Source: Nitrosopumilus sp.
GTDB taxonomy: Archaea; Thermoproteota; Nitrososphaeria; Nitrososphaerales; Nitrosopumilaceae
Assembly: GCA_965205215.1 (NCBI GenBank)
Contig: OZ242041.1
Location: forward strand, 224,001-288,000
Reading direction: 5' to 3'
Length of the DNA stretch: 64,000 nt
Positions 18,466-29,006 of this stretch are shown in pieces. The notes beneath the pieces were generated by a model, which saw only the letters and a list, made by a program, of their open reading frames with translations, searched no databases and had not been told where the DNA came from. Position 1 is the stretch's first letter. Each line of letters starts with the position of its first letter. The translations under genes were made by a program, and so were the position numbers.

Positions 18466-19929
18466 ATGTACCAATTCAGTCATAGTCAGAGGACGCGGAT
18501 ATTGATCATGCACCAGCTGATGTCAGGGCCCGTTATGGTAATGGTGGCCGCAGTAACGCTTGCTGTCATGCTGGCAGCACAGGTGTCCGTCGTTGTGGCA
18601 CAGGAAGAACATAATGCTGAAATTCCGGACTGGGTCAGGGAGGCGGCCGAGAGGTGGCTCGAGGGCAAGATTTCCGACGGCGATTTCTGGGACGCGCTCA
18701 CCGTACTGGCTAAATCCGAACTGGCAAGGGATGACGTGCCCGGCTCCATGAACGTTCCGACTGCGAAAGCAGGCACGGCCTCTATGGCGGCCCCTCTCAC
18801 GCCGCGGGTGATCGAGTGGATCGAAACTAGGACGGCATGGTGGTTGGATGGGAAGATCACCGACGGGCAGTTTGTGAGCGCCATACATCACTTTGGTAAG
18901 GCAGGGTATCTCAGCCGGGACGGCATGCAGGGCATGGAATTTGACATAGAGGCGGAGGCGCGTCAGACATTGGAGGAGACGCCCATAACAAGCCTCCTCC
19001 TAACAGAGCGTGAGATAGACAGGATAACAAAGGTGTCAAAATGGAGGTTTGTTTCCACGGAGGAGGGATTTGACAAGACGGAGGGGGTGGAGGATTCTGC
19101 CAGGGTCCTGATGAGGGACATCAGCAGGACATACGATCCCGTATTCAACAAGTACCAGATTCCCACCATGTACATGAGCATTACGCGACTCTCCGACCAG
19201 GCAGGCGCCTACGACTATTGGGCCGATTACACAAACCAGACCATACAATCCCTTTTTGAATCGGCGCACATGACGGGGCGCGTATCAGACGGCATCGAAT
19301 GCATCTTTGGATATTCAGACGAGGGGGCGGTCACCACCTGCGCGTACAATGACCTGGTAATACAGGCCGTCATATTTGACGCGTATGGCGAGCATTACCT
19401 GTACAGGACGCCGGACATCGAGATTGACAGGACGGAACCCACCACGAACATCATGGATGGAATAATCAGAAAGATATTTGCCATCAGCGGCAACGACTCA
19501 TATTCCGCGGGCATGCTCGTCCGCGCGCTGCAGGAAAATCCCCTAGTACATGATGATGTCGGGGCTCCAACCCAAAACAAACCGAGCGCGGACGTTGCGG
19601 ACACCGTGAATGATACAGGGGGCGATGTTGTTGCGGCCACGGGCCAGCAGCAGCAGCAATGGACGGATCCAGAAACGTCTCCCAGATACGGAATGTCGGG
19701 GCTTTTCTGCTCGCGCGACGACTTTGGCACCATAACGATCACGGGCGCATACACCAACGACGAAAGTCCTCGAAACGTAACCAATGTGGACATAGTATTC
19801 GTGGACTGGGACGAAAACATCATAGGCAGGACGTCGATATCGTTTGCAGACCTAGGCGAGTTTGAGACAAAGCGGTTTTACGGACACGTAAAATGGGACG
19901 GGAACTTTGCCCTTTGCAAGACACCGTAG
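18466..19929 (+). CDS. Exported protein with IPxW-type N-terminal repeats and a C-terminal Ig-like (FxLYD-like) domain
   Basis: Signal peptide; IPDWV..W..GKISD.DF and WI....WW.DGKITD.QFVSAI; ITGAYTN...F.D.DENIIG; true start may be downstream. Confidence 0.78.
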   Translation: MYQFSHSQRTRILIMHQLMSGPVMVMVAAVTLAVMLAAQVSVVVAQEEHNAEIPDWVREAAERWLEGKISDGDFWDALTVLAKSELARDDVPGSMNVPTAKAGTASMAAPLTPRVIEWIETRTAWWLDGKITDGQFVSAIHHFGKAGYLSRDGMQGMEFDIEAEARQTLEETPITSLLLTEREIDRITKVSKWRFVSTEEGFDKTEGVEDSARVLMRDISRTYDPVFNKYQIPTMYMSITRLSDQAGAYDYWADYTNQTIQSLFESAHMTGRVSDGIECIFGYSDEGAVTTCAYNDLVIQAVIFDAYGEHYLYRTPDIEIDRTEPTTNIMDGIIRKIFAISGNDSYSAGMLVRALQENPLVHDDVGAPTQNKPSADVADTVNDTGGDVVAATGQQQQQWTDPETSPRYGMSGLFCSRDDFGTITITGAYTNDESPRNVTNVDIVFVDWDENIIGRTSISFADLGEFETKRFYGHVKWDGNFALCKTP

Positions 19930-19938
19930 GGTTCAGGG

Positions 19939-20011
19939 CCTCCTGCCCTCTCCACCCTCCTGCCCTCTCCACCCTCCTGCCCTCTCCACCCTCCTGCCCT
20001 CTCCACCCTCC
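19939..20011. repeat. 17-bp pyrimidine-rich tandem repeat CCTCCTGCCCTCTCCAC x4.3, intergenic
   Basis: Exact copies start at 19939, 19956, 19973 and 19990, between convergent genes. Confidence 0.95.
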
Positions 20012-20052
20012 CTTCCCCCGTTCGTCGGCGGGCGGGGCACGCAGGATACGCG

Positions 20053-21567
20053 CTAGTCCTCTGCCGACCCTGCCAGCACACCGGAGAACTCGTCCACAAC
20101 GTCGGCAAATCTTCTGGAATCCGGCCTGTGTCGTGCATACTCGACGCTGCCGCACGCTACAAGCCACCTCCTGACCGTCTCGTATTCTACACTGGAGGAG
20201 CCAAGCTTCTGCCGCATGCGCGCGAGCAGCTCCTCGTTTGTGGGCCGCCCCTGCAGTCCCGTACGGTGTGCATAGAAGAGCCGGATCGCATGCCCGAGCG
20301 CCTCGTGGGCCTCTTTGTGCCGCCCCGCGTCATAAAGGTCGCGCGCATGCGACAGCATCCGACCCGTCAGCCCCCTATAGTTGTATGAGGTTTCAGGTTC
20401 TACCTCACCGGCCGCTACCAGCAGCGATTCCTCGGGCTCGGCATGCCTTTTTTGGAGCATCCTCCACGCGGCATAGCCGGCGGCGGCGGCCAGTCCCGCG
20501 GCCGCGGATGCGGCTAGTATAATGGCAAGCTGGACATTCCCGTCCCGGTCCTGCGCGGGGAATGCCGGCGTTTTTGCATCGAGGTTTTCCAGGCCCACAC
20601 GGACGCGCCCCGCATCCTCAAAGCCAGGCCGCGGCCTGTCGTCAAACAGGTCGCCTATTATCGGAACGGCAGGCTGCTGCAACTCGTCCGTGTCGGGCGG
20701 GAGCGGCTCCGGACTCGACAGGCTGTACAGCTCGGGCTCCGGTTCTGGTTTGTCCGGGGCAAGGAGGACCTGCCCTATTATGCCAGACGCCTGTTCCGAG
20801 AGGGACTCTATCATCCGGGATTCCAGCTGAGACTCGTCAAATACCATATGGTTTGGGGAATACGCGCGCAGGTCGCCTGCTCCCGCCCCCATCAGGGCCG
20901 ACTCCCCGAGCAGTTCGCGTCCGAACGTAAACTCCATCGGCGAGAAGATGTCGTTCGGTATGGCCTGCAGGTTGTCTAGCGAGTAGCCGCGCTCCAGCAC
21001 AAAGATCTCCAGGTTGGAGTTTACAGGATAGTCGTATGCGGATCCCGCTATGAGGTACATCTGCTTGCTGATAGGATCCAGCAGGGCCTCGGCAATCTCC
21101 ACATAGCCGTCGGAGAACCTGTCATAGTATTTGATCTTGTGGCGAAAGCTCTCGGCCTGCAGCTCCTGCTGGTCTATTATGATCTGGTTGAGCAGCTGCC
21201 CCTCCTCAGAGAATATGGATATCCTGTAGTCGCCCACAGAGTACTGGTTGCCAGTGACAAACCTGTCGTATCTGAATTCCCGTTCCAGTCCCGGCAGCGA
21301 CGCGGCTAGGGGATCGTCATATGTGGGGCCGCCGTCGGCTCCAGCAGCCGCATCATCATCATCGGCGTGCCTCTCGACTACCACTGTCACGTCTCCATTG
21401 TCACCCCCTTCGCCCCCCACGGCGCCCGACTCCGTACGTGGGTGCGGCTGCCCCTCTATCGACCAGCGGACTACAAGGTCATCGGCCTGCGCGTGTACAG
21501 ATGATATCATGGCGGCAGCGACAACCAAAAGCACGGCGGCCGTTGCAGTTGCAACGGGCAGGCTCAT
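20053..21567 (-). CDS. Exported/membrane-anchored protein with a DUF4129-like C-terminal domain
   Basis: Signal peptide from MSLPVAT; TM helix, then A...L..AIR.F......TNEELL...VEYARH; divergent from moxR. Confidence 0.72.
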   Translation of the reverse strand: MSLPVATATAAVLLVVAAAMISSVHAQADDLVVRWSIEGQPHPRTESGAVGGEGGDNGDVTVVVERHADDDDAAAGADGGPTYDDPLAASLPGLEREFRYDRFVTGNQYSVGDYRISIFSEEGQLLNQIIIDQQELQAESFRHKIKYYDRFSDGYVEIAEALLDPISKQMYLIAGSAYDYPVNSNLEIFVLERGYSLDNLQAIPNDIFSPMEFTFGRELLGESALMGAGAGDLRAYSPNHMVFDESQLESRMIESLSEQASGIIGQVLLAPDKPEPEPELYSLSSPEPLPPDTDELQQPAVPIIGDLFDDRPRPGFEDAGRVRVGLENLDAKTPAFPAQDRDGNVQLAIILAASAAAGLAAAAGYAAWRMLQKRHAEPEESLLVAAGEVEPETSYNYRGLTGRMLSHARDLYDAGRHKEAHEALGHAIRLFYAHRTGLQGRPTNEELLARMRQKLGSSSVEYETVRRWLVACGSVEYARHRPDSRRFADVVDEFSGVLAGSAED

Positions 21568-21812
21568 GCGCTTCAGATTAAACCGCGCGGGCGTGCAGGA
21601 CACGTATGAATATATCGCGCCGCCGTCTTTTAACTGCGCCGTCGCGCGCCACGCGTCGCGGCGCAGCGCCGCCCCGACGCGGCCACAGGTGCCGGCCGCC
21701 ACTGCGCGCCAGTACGATCTTGGTAACAGTGAGTTTTGCGAAAACAGGCGCGGCGGCCCACACCTGCGCAACATGCGCGCCGGTCAGTACACGATAACGC
21801 GTCAGCTGTTTG

Positions 21813-21872
21813 TCAAAGCAAAACAAAGTAACGCAAAGTAACGCAACGCATCGCAAAATAAAGCAACGCAAA
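21813..21872. repeat. Degenerate pentamer array (GCAAA/GTAAC/GCAAC) x12 in the divergent promoter region
   Basis: tcaaa gcaaa acaaa gtaac gcaaa gtaac gcaac gcatc gcaaa ataaa gcaac gcaaa. Confidence 0.75.
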
Positions 21873-21969
21873 AAAATTAGAGGGCCCGGTTTTTTACGCG
21901 ACTGCCAACGTTGGTACATCTTGAGAATCGGCGACGGTATTAATTAAGGGCTGGCCCTGCAACAATGCA

Positions 21970-23019
21970 ATGCAGGATGCTGAGGTAAGATATTCCATGT
22001 CGGACGACAGAATGATCGAGCTCAATGAGCGCGCCCAAAAGTACGGCGGCATACTGCGCAGCATACTTGACGAGTCCCACAAGAGGATAACGGGGCAGCA
22101 CCACGCGCTGGAGCGCATGCTGATCGGGGTCATAACAGACGGACACGTGCTAGTCGAGAGCGTCCCGGGCCTTGCAAAGACGCTCATGGTAAAGACGATG
22201 TCCCAGATATTTGGCGCCGACAGCGTGAGGATACAGTTCACGCCCGACCTGCTACCCGCTGACATCATAGGGACCAAGATTTATGCCGGGAGGAGAGAAG
22301 GTGACGCGGGAGGGACGGCCTCCGGCAGTCCGTTTGTAACCGAAAAAGGCCCCATATTCCACAGCTTTGTGCTGGCCGACGAGATAAACAGGGCGCCCCC
22401 AAAGGTCCAATCCGCCCTGCTGGAAGCCATGCAGGAGAGGCAGGTGAGCATACACGGGGACACGTACGAGCTTGGCAAACCGTTCCTGGTGTTTGCAACG
22501 CAGAATCCCATAGAGAACGAGGGAACCTACAGGCTTCCCGAGGCGCAGATAGACAGGTTCGCGATGAAGCTGGCAATGACGTACCCCACCAAGGAGGAGG
22601 AGATGGAGATCATAAGCAAGAATGCGACGGGCAGCCCGGGAGACGCCCCGGCCGTATCAAGCCCAGAAGAGGCTGCAGAGATACAGGGGTTCTGTGAGGG
22701 CATTTACGTCGACGAGCTGGTCTCAGAGTACGTGACCGACGTGGTACGGGCGACCAGAAACCCAGACGAGTATGGCATCAAGGGCATGTCGGGAACTGTA
22801 GAGCTTGGCGCCTCTCCGAGGGCCTCAATATGGCTTGTCAGGACGGCAAGGGGCCGCGCGCTGATAAACGGCAGGGGATTTGTGACGCCAGAGGACGTAA
22901 AGGAGATGGCACACGACGTGTTGCGGCACAGGATAATACCGACGTTTGAGGCGGAGGAGAGGGGGATCACGCCGGATGCGGTGATAAGCGGCATACTGGA
23001 AGGCATCAGTCCGCCATAA
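21970..23019 (+). CDS. MoxR family AAA+ ATPase
   Basis: HVLVESVPGLAKT, RIQFTPDLLPADI, LADEINRAPPKVQSALLEAMQE, ATQNPIE.EGTY.LPEAQ.DRF, GASPR. Confidence 0.96.
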   Translation: MQDAEVRYSMSDDRMIELNERAQKYGGILRSILDESHKRITGQHHALERMLIGVITDGHVLVESVPGLAKTLMVKTMSQIFGADSVRIQFTPDLLPADIIGTKIYAGRREGDAGGTASGSPFVTEKGPIFHSFVLADEINRAPPKVQSALLEAMQERQVSIHGDTYELGKPFLVFATQNPIENEGTYRLPEAQIDRFAMKLAMTYPTKEEEMEIISKNATGSPGDAPAVSSPEEAAEIQGFCEGIYVDELVSEYVTDVVRATRNPDEYGIKGMSGTVELGASPRASIWLVRTARGRALINGRGFVTPEDVKEMAHDVLRHRIIPTFEAEERGITPDAVISGILEGISPP

Positions 23020-23037
23020 CACCGCATACTGCAATCG

Positions 23038-24057
23038 ATGGTACGGTGGGTGGAAAAACTGATGTCGGGGACAGATCAGGCGACGGTGACATCCACAGAA
23101 AAGGAAGAGTCGGAGAAGAGGTTTCGCGACGTGGTTGCGGGCGCAAAAAAATTAAACATAGGCGCGTGGTTGCGGCCAAGCTACACGTCGGGGGACCGCG
23201 GCCGGCGACGGCCGGGCGGGGGAATAGAATTCTCGGAGGTCCGGGAATACGCGGCCGGCGACGATCCGCGCCGCATAGACTGGAACGTCTCTGCCAGGCA
23301 CGGCGGGCTGTTCGTAAAGGAGTTTGTCGAGGAGAGCGACCTTGACATATACGTGGCAGTCGACTATTCGGGCAGCACCTCGTTTGGAAGCGGCCCCAAA
23401 AGCAAGAGGGACGTCATGGTCGAGATCGCAGCGTCCGTCGTACTCTCCGCGCTAAACGGCAGGGACGGCGGCAGGATCGGCATGGCGCTGTTTGCAGAGT
23501 CGTTAGAGTCGTTCACAGGGGCAAGAAGGGGCAGGCGGCACGCAATGGGAATGATAAGAAAGATGGTGCTTGATGGGCTCTCCGAGTCGTACCGGCAGGG
23601 CAAAACCGGCATTGCAAGATCAATGTCGCGTCTTGCGCGTGCGGCGGGGCGCAGGAGCGTCATGTTTGTAATATCTGACCTTGAGACGGGCGAACCTCTC
23701 GCCGAGGCACTGCGGGGCGCATGCGCCAGGCACGAGGTCGTAATGATCCGCGTGCACGATCCGCACGAGCGCATACTGCCGGACATCGGATACGCGTATC
23801 TGGAGGACATGGAGACGGGCGGACAGATCCTGGTCAACACGTCAAGCAGGGAGGTCAGGGACGCGTACCGTGCCGCGGCGCGGCAGGCGGCCGGGCGTGC
23901 AAGGGAGGAGGCGCTCAGGGCGGGCGCTGCATACATCGACATTGCAACAGGTGAACCGTTTGACGCGGCGTTCAACAGGTACGCGGGGACGGTTGCGGCG
24001 GCAGCGGCCATGACGACGGGCGCATCCAGAAGTGCGGCAAGGAGGAGGAGGCGATAA
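23038..24057 (+). CDS. DUF58 domain protein
   Basis: GIEFSEVREY..GDD.R.IDWNVSAR...VKEF.EE; DYSGST. Confidence 0.93.
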   Translation: MVRWVEKLMSGTDQATVTSTEKEESEKRFRDVVAGAKKLNIGAWLRPSYTSGDRGRRRPGGGIEFSEVREYAAGDDPRRIDWNVSARHGGLFVKEFVEESDLDIYVAVDYSGSTSFGSGPKSKRDVMVEIAASVVLSALNGRDGGRIGMALFAESLESFTGARRGRRHAMGMIRKMVLDGLSESYRQGKTGIARSMSRLARAAGRRSVMFVISDLETGEPLAEALRGACARHEVVMIRVHDPHERILPDIGYAYLEDMETGGQILVNTSSREVRDAYRAAARQAAGRAREEALRAGAAYIDIATGEPFDAAFNRYAGTVAAAAAMTTGASRSAARRRRR

Positions 24058-24062
24058 CAGAC

Positions 24063-25028
24063 GTGCAGTTTGAACACGCACACATGCTGTTGCTGCTTTT
24101 TGCACTGCCGGGCCTGTATATCCTGTATTCGAGGTATAACGCGGGAAGAAAAGAGTCCGTCCTGAGGTTCAGCTCCATCGAGACGGTTACAAGGGCGGTG
24201 GCAGGAAGGCAGGGCGCGTGGCGCAGGCACCTGCCGTTCACGCTAATGGCTGCGGCGGTCGCAATGGCCGCGGTCGCAATGGCCGACCTGCAGGTTCCAG
24301 TCGTCACAACAGACGTGCCACCGGATACGAGGGACGGCAGAAGCATCAGCATAGTGCTTGATATCTCTGAGAGCATGTCGGCCACAGACTATGCGCCAAG
24401 CCGACTGGACGCGGCAAAACAGTCGATAACGAGGCTGATTCAGGGATCGGATCCCCAGGACTATGTCGGCGTGATACTCTTTGAGACGGGCGCCACCACG
24501 GCATCCTACCTGACTGACAACAAGCAAAAGGCGTCTGAGGCCGTAATGTCCATAGGCCAGAGCGGAGGGGCCACGGCCATCGGGGACGGGCTTGCGCTCG
24601 GAGTCGACATGGCGATCTCCATACCAGACAGGCGGGGGGTGGTGATACTGCTCAGCGACGGCGTGCACAACTCGGGGCAGATCACCCCGCAGGAGGCCGT
24701 CGAGTACGCGCAGAGGGCCGGCGTGCGGGTCCACACCGTAGGAATAGGATCGGTGGAGCCGGCCTTTGTCAAAAATGACGTGTTCGGCCAGCCGCAGTAT
24801 GCAGAGCTTGACGAGGCGACGCTCGCACACATTGCAAACGCGACGGGCGGCACATTCTCAAAGTCCCTTGACGAGCAGACGCTTGGAGGCACGCTCGCCG
24901 AGATAGGCGCCGCGCTTGGGGGGGAGGTGAGATACCAGAGCGTCAGCGACTGGTTTGTCGCGTCGTCCCTCGCGCTACTGGCATCGGCCATGTACACCAT
25001 ATATGGAAGGTACAGGATTGCCGCATGA
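24063..25028 (+). CDS. BatA-like VWA domain membrane protein
   Basis: N-terminal BatA-type TM, MIDAS DISES, TAIGDGL, LLSDG, A..TGG, C-terminal TM. Confidence 0.92.
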   Translation: MQFEHAHMLLLLFALPGLYILYSRYNAGRKESVLRFSSIETVTRAVAGRQGAWRRHLPFTLMAAAVAMAAVAMADLQVPVVTTDVPPDTRDGRSISIVLDISESMSATDYAPSRLDAAKQSITRLIQGSDPQDYVGVILFETGATTASYLTDNKQKASEAVMSIGQSGGATAIGDGLALGVDMAISIPDRRGVVILLSDGVHNSGQITPQEAVEYAQRAGVRVHTVGIGSVEPAFVKNDVFGQPQYAELDEATLAHIANATGGTFSKSLDEQTLGGTLAEIGAALGGEVRYQSVSDWFVASSLALLASAMYTIYGRYRIAA

Positions 25029-25066
25029 CCCGAGCTGCGTCCCCCGCCACGCCCCGCACAACCGTG

Positions 25067-25591
25067 CTAGGAGGAGCCCAGTGGGTTTATCATGTCCTCA
25101 AAGTTCGAGGCGTACCTGCCAACCAAGCTCGGACCGTGATCCTCAAGCAGGCGGTCTACGCGCTCCCGATCCCGGAGCCGGTAGTGCTTTTTGAGCTTGG
25201 GCATACGCACGTCCACCAAGCTCTCCCTTACCAGCTGCGACAGATACAGGGACACAGTAGAGGGGGATTTTTTTACCCTCTCCACCAGCTCTGCAAACGA
25301 GAGCCCGTTCACGTTTTTGGGATCCTCGTGCAAAAGCGCGATTAGCAGCGCGCGGGGGGTGGGCCTGCGCAGTGCCCGGATTATGGCATGATCTGACTCT
25401 GGTATCCGCACGGAATAGAACCGGGCGGTGCGCGGCCGGCGCCTTGCAATTATCAGATTGTTGTTCTCCAGCTTGGCAAGATGGTACGACAGCACGCCGT
25501 TCATGAGTCCGGTCTTGCGCATGATTCCCCTAAAGTTTATGCCGGGGTTTGACTCTATGGCCTCTAGTATCACATCGGACTTGTCAGTCAT
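25067..25591 (-). CDS. Tandem winged-helix transcriptional regulator
   Basis: I..NPGINFR.I....GL.NGVLSYHL..LE and a second HTH KSPSTVS.YLSQL. Confidence 0.9.
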   Translation of the reverse strand: MTDKSDVILEAIESNPGINFRGIMRKTGLMNGVLSYHLAKLENNNLIIARRRPRTARFYSVRIPESDHAIIRALRRPTPRALLIALLHEDPKNVNGLSFAELVERVKKSPSTVSLYLSQLVRESLVDVRMPKLKKHYRLRDRERVDRLLEDHGPSLVGRYASNFEDMINPLGSS

Positions 25592-25979
25592 TTCGCAGCG
25601 CCCCCAGAGCCAGCAGTCCCAGCGTGACGAACATCAGCAGGTGTCCCACCTCGTATATGTACACGTCCCCCAGGTTGATAATCGAGAGATCCAGCACGTA
25701 GGCAAGCAGCAGGGCCTCTGTAAACACAAAGTTTGCAAATGCAATCGTGGTCAGCAGCAGGCGTCTTGAGCGCAGCGTGCGGTACGAGATGGTGGCCAGC
25801 GTCGTGATAAACAGCGCGAGTATCATGCCGCCCGTGTGAAGCAGTATGTGGGCCGCGTGGAACCCGTGCATAAGGTGCGGAAACGCCATCGGGATCAAGA
25901 ACGTCAGCGCGATGCCCAGAACCGCAACCGGAAACAGGTTGGTCAGGCTGGAGCGTAGCGACTGGACGTATGCTACCAT
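25584..25979 (-). CDS. His-containing 4-TM membrane protein overlapping the regulator gene
   Basis: Four hydrophobic segments; PHLMHGFHAAHILLH loop; 8-bp overlap with the wHTH gene. Confidence 0.8.
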   Translation of the reverse strand: MVAYVQSLRSSLTNLFPVAVLGIALTFLIPMAFPHLMHGFHAAHILLHTGGMILALFITTLATISYRTLRSRRLLLTTIAFANFVFTEALLLAYVLDLSIINLGDVYIYEVGHLLMFVTLGLLALGALRND

Positions 25980-26110
25980 ACATAGGGTAGGCCTTGTTCT
26001 AATTTAAGACACGTGGTTCGAACGCCAGTCTGCAGGCGCGGCGGCCTGCGATGCCGCGTCAAAAAGGCGGAGTCAAGCGCCCGCACGGAAGGCGCGCCAT
26101 ACCGTAAGAC

Positions 26111-26869
26111 TCAGACCTGTATGATTCCGGCCGTAATCAGAAACTGCAGGGCGCCCACGAACGTGGCGTCGTCTATCAGGCCGTCGGCCCACCACCCGGC
26201 GTTGGTCTTGACCCACGGCGGGATCTGCGGCCCCGGCGCGTCCTCTCCTTCCCCTCCGCCGCCGTCCGCATCACTCCCTGGGTCACTGGCAGCGTCGTCG
26301 GCGGCGGGAACGACCAGTATGCCGCTCCGTATCAGGTACTCGATTCCGGATACGAACGTGGCGTCGTCTATCAGGCCGTCGGCCCACCACCCGGCGTTGG
26401 TCTTGACCCACGGCGGGATCACCGCCACGTCCGGCGCTGCGGGTGCCGACGCATCCTCCCCCACCGGTATCTCAAAGGATACGGCCTCGGCTGGAATGGG
26501 CTGGAAGAGTATTCCCTCCACTGTAAAGCCCAGGGAGTGGACGCCTGGATTCTGGAACTGTACAGGGAGCGTTATGGTGCCGGGAGACGTATGTATGAGA
26601 TTGGTGGGTCCGAATACCTGCTCCCCGTCTCTGGTGATCGTAATCGTATAGTCTATGTGCTCCTGAGTCCTACCGGTTACGGGATTCAGAAAATCCACCT
26701 TGATCTTTGTCTCCTCGCCCGGCATTATCACGTCATCATACACGAGATGGACGTCTATGGTTCCCTGCTCGGTGGGCAGGGTCTGGGTCTCTGCATGCGC
26801 CTGGTGCCCGGCGGCAAGCACGCATACGGCAACAAGCACCAGGGCAACCAAGACTGCCTTCATAGACAT
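26111..26869 (-). CDS. Exported protein with two [15 protein letters not shown] repeats
   Basis: Signal peptide ending AHA; QEHIDY domain; duplicated C-terminal repeat. Confidence 0.85.
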   Translation of the reverse strand: MSMKAVLVALVLVAVCVLAAGHQAHAETQTLPTEQGTIDVHLVYDDVIMPGEETKIKVDFLNPVTGRTQEHIDYTITITRDGEQVFGPTNLIHTSPGTITLPVQFQNPGVHSLGFTVEGILFQPIPAEAVSFEIPVGEDASAPAAPDVAVIPPWVKTNAGWWADGLIDDATFVSGIEYLIRSGILVVPAADDAASDPGSDADGGGGEGEDAPGPQIPPWVKTNAGWWADGLIDDATFVGALQFLITAGIIQV

Positions 26870-26959
26870 GATACGTGTTACACAGATAAAAAACGTTCCA
26901 ACGCGGGGCCCGACGGCGGGCGTAACCGCGCATAGGCAAAGGCGCACGCACGCGCCTCT

Positions 26960-28744
26960 TTGATCTTTAAATATAGTGTGAAATTATTTACAATATTGCA
27001 CAACAGGCTCGCACTGCTAGCGGCCATGGCCGCCATTGTCGTAATTCCGGCGGCCGCCCAGTCGGTCTCGGGGCACGGACTCGGGGGCGACCAAGCGCCG
27101 CCCATCAGCTTTTCGGGGATGGAGGTGACCGTCCGCACGGACCTCACGCCGTCGGACATCACGATAGGTGACATAGACGACGTCAACATGAAGATCAGGT
27201 TCTTCGACACGCTGACGGACACCACGCTTGAAAAGGTCACATACAGGATAGAGATGTGGCGCAGCGGGGAGCTGCTGGCAAGAAACCTGTTTTACGATCC
27301 CGACGGCAGACTCGACGTGGAGATACGCCCCAATCCGGACTGCGACAGTGCGGAGCTGTGGAGATGCAGCGTGTACGGCGGATCGGAGGACATAAGCTCG
27401 CCTGGCGCCCTGTTCGTGTACGGGGAGCCGTGCACCGGCGACAACTACGACGTATGCGCAAGGCCCACCATAACAGGGCCCATATTCGAGAAGGGCGGGC
27501 TGTACCACGTACGCGTCGACATAGAGGGCGCGACCAGCCCCAGGGTGCAGCTTGCAGAGAGGCTGAGCTATGACACGTTTGTCAGCGTGGCCCAGGAGCA
27601 GAACTTTGCAATACAGACAGCCCATGCCGAGGAGATTCCCGTAATAATCAAGACGTACTACGATGATGTAAAGAACTTTGCATTCGAACCGTCGGACAAC
27701 TCCATCACGTTCGACATGGCCTTTGACTGGACGCCGGACTATGTCGACCTGGTGGAGGTGGTGCACGAGGAGGTCAGGATCCCCAAGGACTTTGTGCCGT
27801 ATGCGGAAGGCAAGCAGTTCAGGGGATACGTAAACGGGGTGGAGGTGGACCAGCGCGCCCTGCTAAACGATCCGTACTCGTACGAGGACACGAACGTGGT
27901 ACACTTTCTGATAACCAACAGCGAGCTGCAAAAGATCAGCGAGAACATGGAGGACGACAGGTTCGAGAGCAAGAACATGAACCTGAAGCTAGTTCCCGTC
28001 GAGGAGGCGGAGGTCAGCTCCGTGGAGTTCTATTTGGTGGACCTTGAAACCATGCAGGAGAGGGCTCCTACCACCGTAACCATAGAGTGGGAAGGACAGT
28101 ACGGCGCGGGCGACGAGATCCCGTTTGAGTTCACGTTCCTGGACCGGGACAACAAGCTGATCAAGGACGTCTGGTACGGGTACATAGTGAGCGACGAGTC
28201 AGGCAACGAGATAGCAAGGTTCTCCGGAAGCGACCCGCTCAATACGGGCATAGCATCGCCGGAAGGCATAGACGTGCAGGACATCAGGATACCGTCTGAG
28301 GGGCTGATCAGGGTGGACGTGATAGTATACGGAACCGGCCTCGACTACGACCCCACGTACTCGGGAATCGGGTCAGGACTCATAGAGATCGGGCCCGGGG
28401 CGCCCGCGGGCGGCACTCCCCCAGGCGACGTGAACGAGCCGGCACCAAGCACGGAGGCGGCGGAGATACCGTCGTGGATAAAGACCAACGCGGGCTGGTG
28501 GGCCGAGGGCCTGATAGACGACGCCACGTTTGTGACCGGCATACAGTACCTGATACAGAGCGGGGTGCTCGTGGTGCCGGCAGCCGGCAGCGGCGACCCT
28601 GGCCAGGACGGTGAGGCGGCGGCGGGGATACCGCCGTGGATAAAGACCAACGCGGGCTGGTGGGCCGAGGGCCTGATAGACGACGGATCTTTTGTGTCAG
28701 GCCTGCAGTACCTGATAAAAGAGGGAATAATACGCGTGAGTTGA
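26960..28744 (+). CDS. Exported protein with predicted His1, TYYD-HEE-VHF domain and two IPxW repeats
   Basis: VSG|HGLGGDQ; [27 protein letters not shown]; true start probably ~26996-27026. Confidence 0.85.
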   Translation: MIFKYSVKLFTILHNRLALLAAMAAIVVIPAAAQSVSGHGLGGDQAPPISFSGMEVTVRTDLTPSDITIGDIDDVNMKIRFFDTLTDTTLEKVTYRIEMWRSGELLARNLFYDPDGRLDVEIRPNPDCDSAELWRCSVYGGSEDISSPGALFVYGEPCTGDNYDVCARPTITGPIFEKGGLYHVRVDIEGATSPRVQLAERLSYDTFVSVAQEQNFAIQTAHAEEIPVIIKTYYDDVKNFAFEPSDNSITFDMAFDWTPDYVDLVEVVHEEVRIPKDFVPYAEGKQFRGYVNGVEVDQRALLNDPYSYEDTNVVHFLITNSELQKISENMEDDRFESKNMNLKLVPVEEAEVSSVEFYLVDLETMQERAPTTVTIEWEGQYGAGDEIPFEFTFLDRDNKLIKDVWYGYIVSDESGNEIARFSGSDPLNTGIASPEGIDVQDIRIPSEGLIRVDVIVYGTGLDYDPTYSGIGSGLIEIGPGAPAGGTPPGDVNEPAPSTEAAEIPSWIKTNAGWWAEGLIDDATFVTGIQYLIQSGVLVVPAAGSGDPGQDGEAAAGIPPWIKTNAGWWAEGLIDDGSFVSGLQYLIKEGIIRVS

Positions 28745-28796
28745 CGGCAGTGGCTGCATGCGATAAGCTTTAACACGGAAGACGAGAGTGACGGCA

Positions 28797-29003
28797 ATGA
28801 GGGACATAAACGAGATAATGCCAAAGATCGACAACATGAAGTGGGGGGCCCTGACAAACAGGCCGCCTACCAAGGACAGGGTACGGGAGATGGACAGGAT
28901 ATTCCCCGACAACGGCAAGTGGCACACGGTCTTTGAGCACGACGATCTCATATCGATTGACGGAAAGCATATCAGAAGAAAGAGTCCTGACAAGTGGACA
29001 TGA
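28797..29003 (+). CDS. Small hypothetical protein
   Basis: MRDINEIMPKIDNMKWGALTN...; codon style matches neighbours; TTTAA box ~25 bp upstream. Confidence 0.75.
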   Translation: MRDINEIMPKIDNMKWGALTNRPPTKDRVREMDRIFPDNGKWHTVFEHDDLISIDGKHIRRKSPDKWT

Positions 29004-29006
29004 CTG

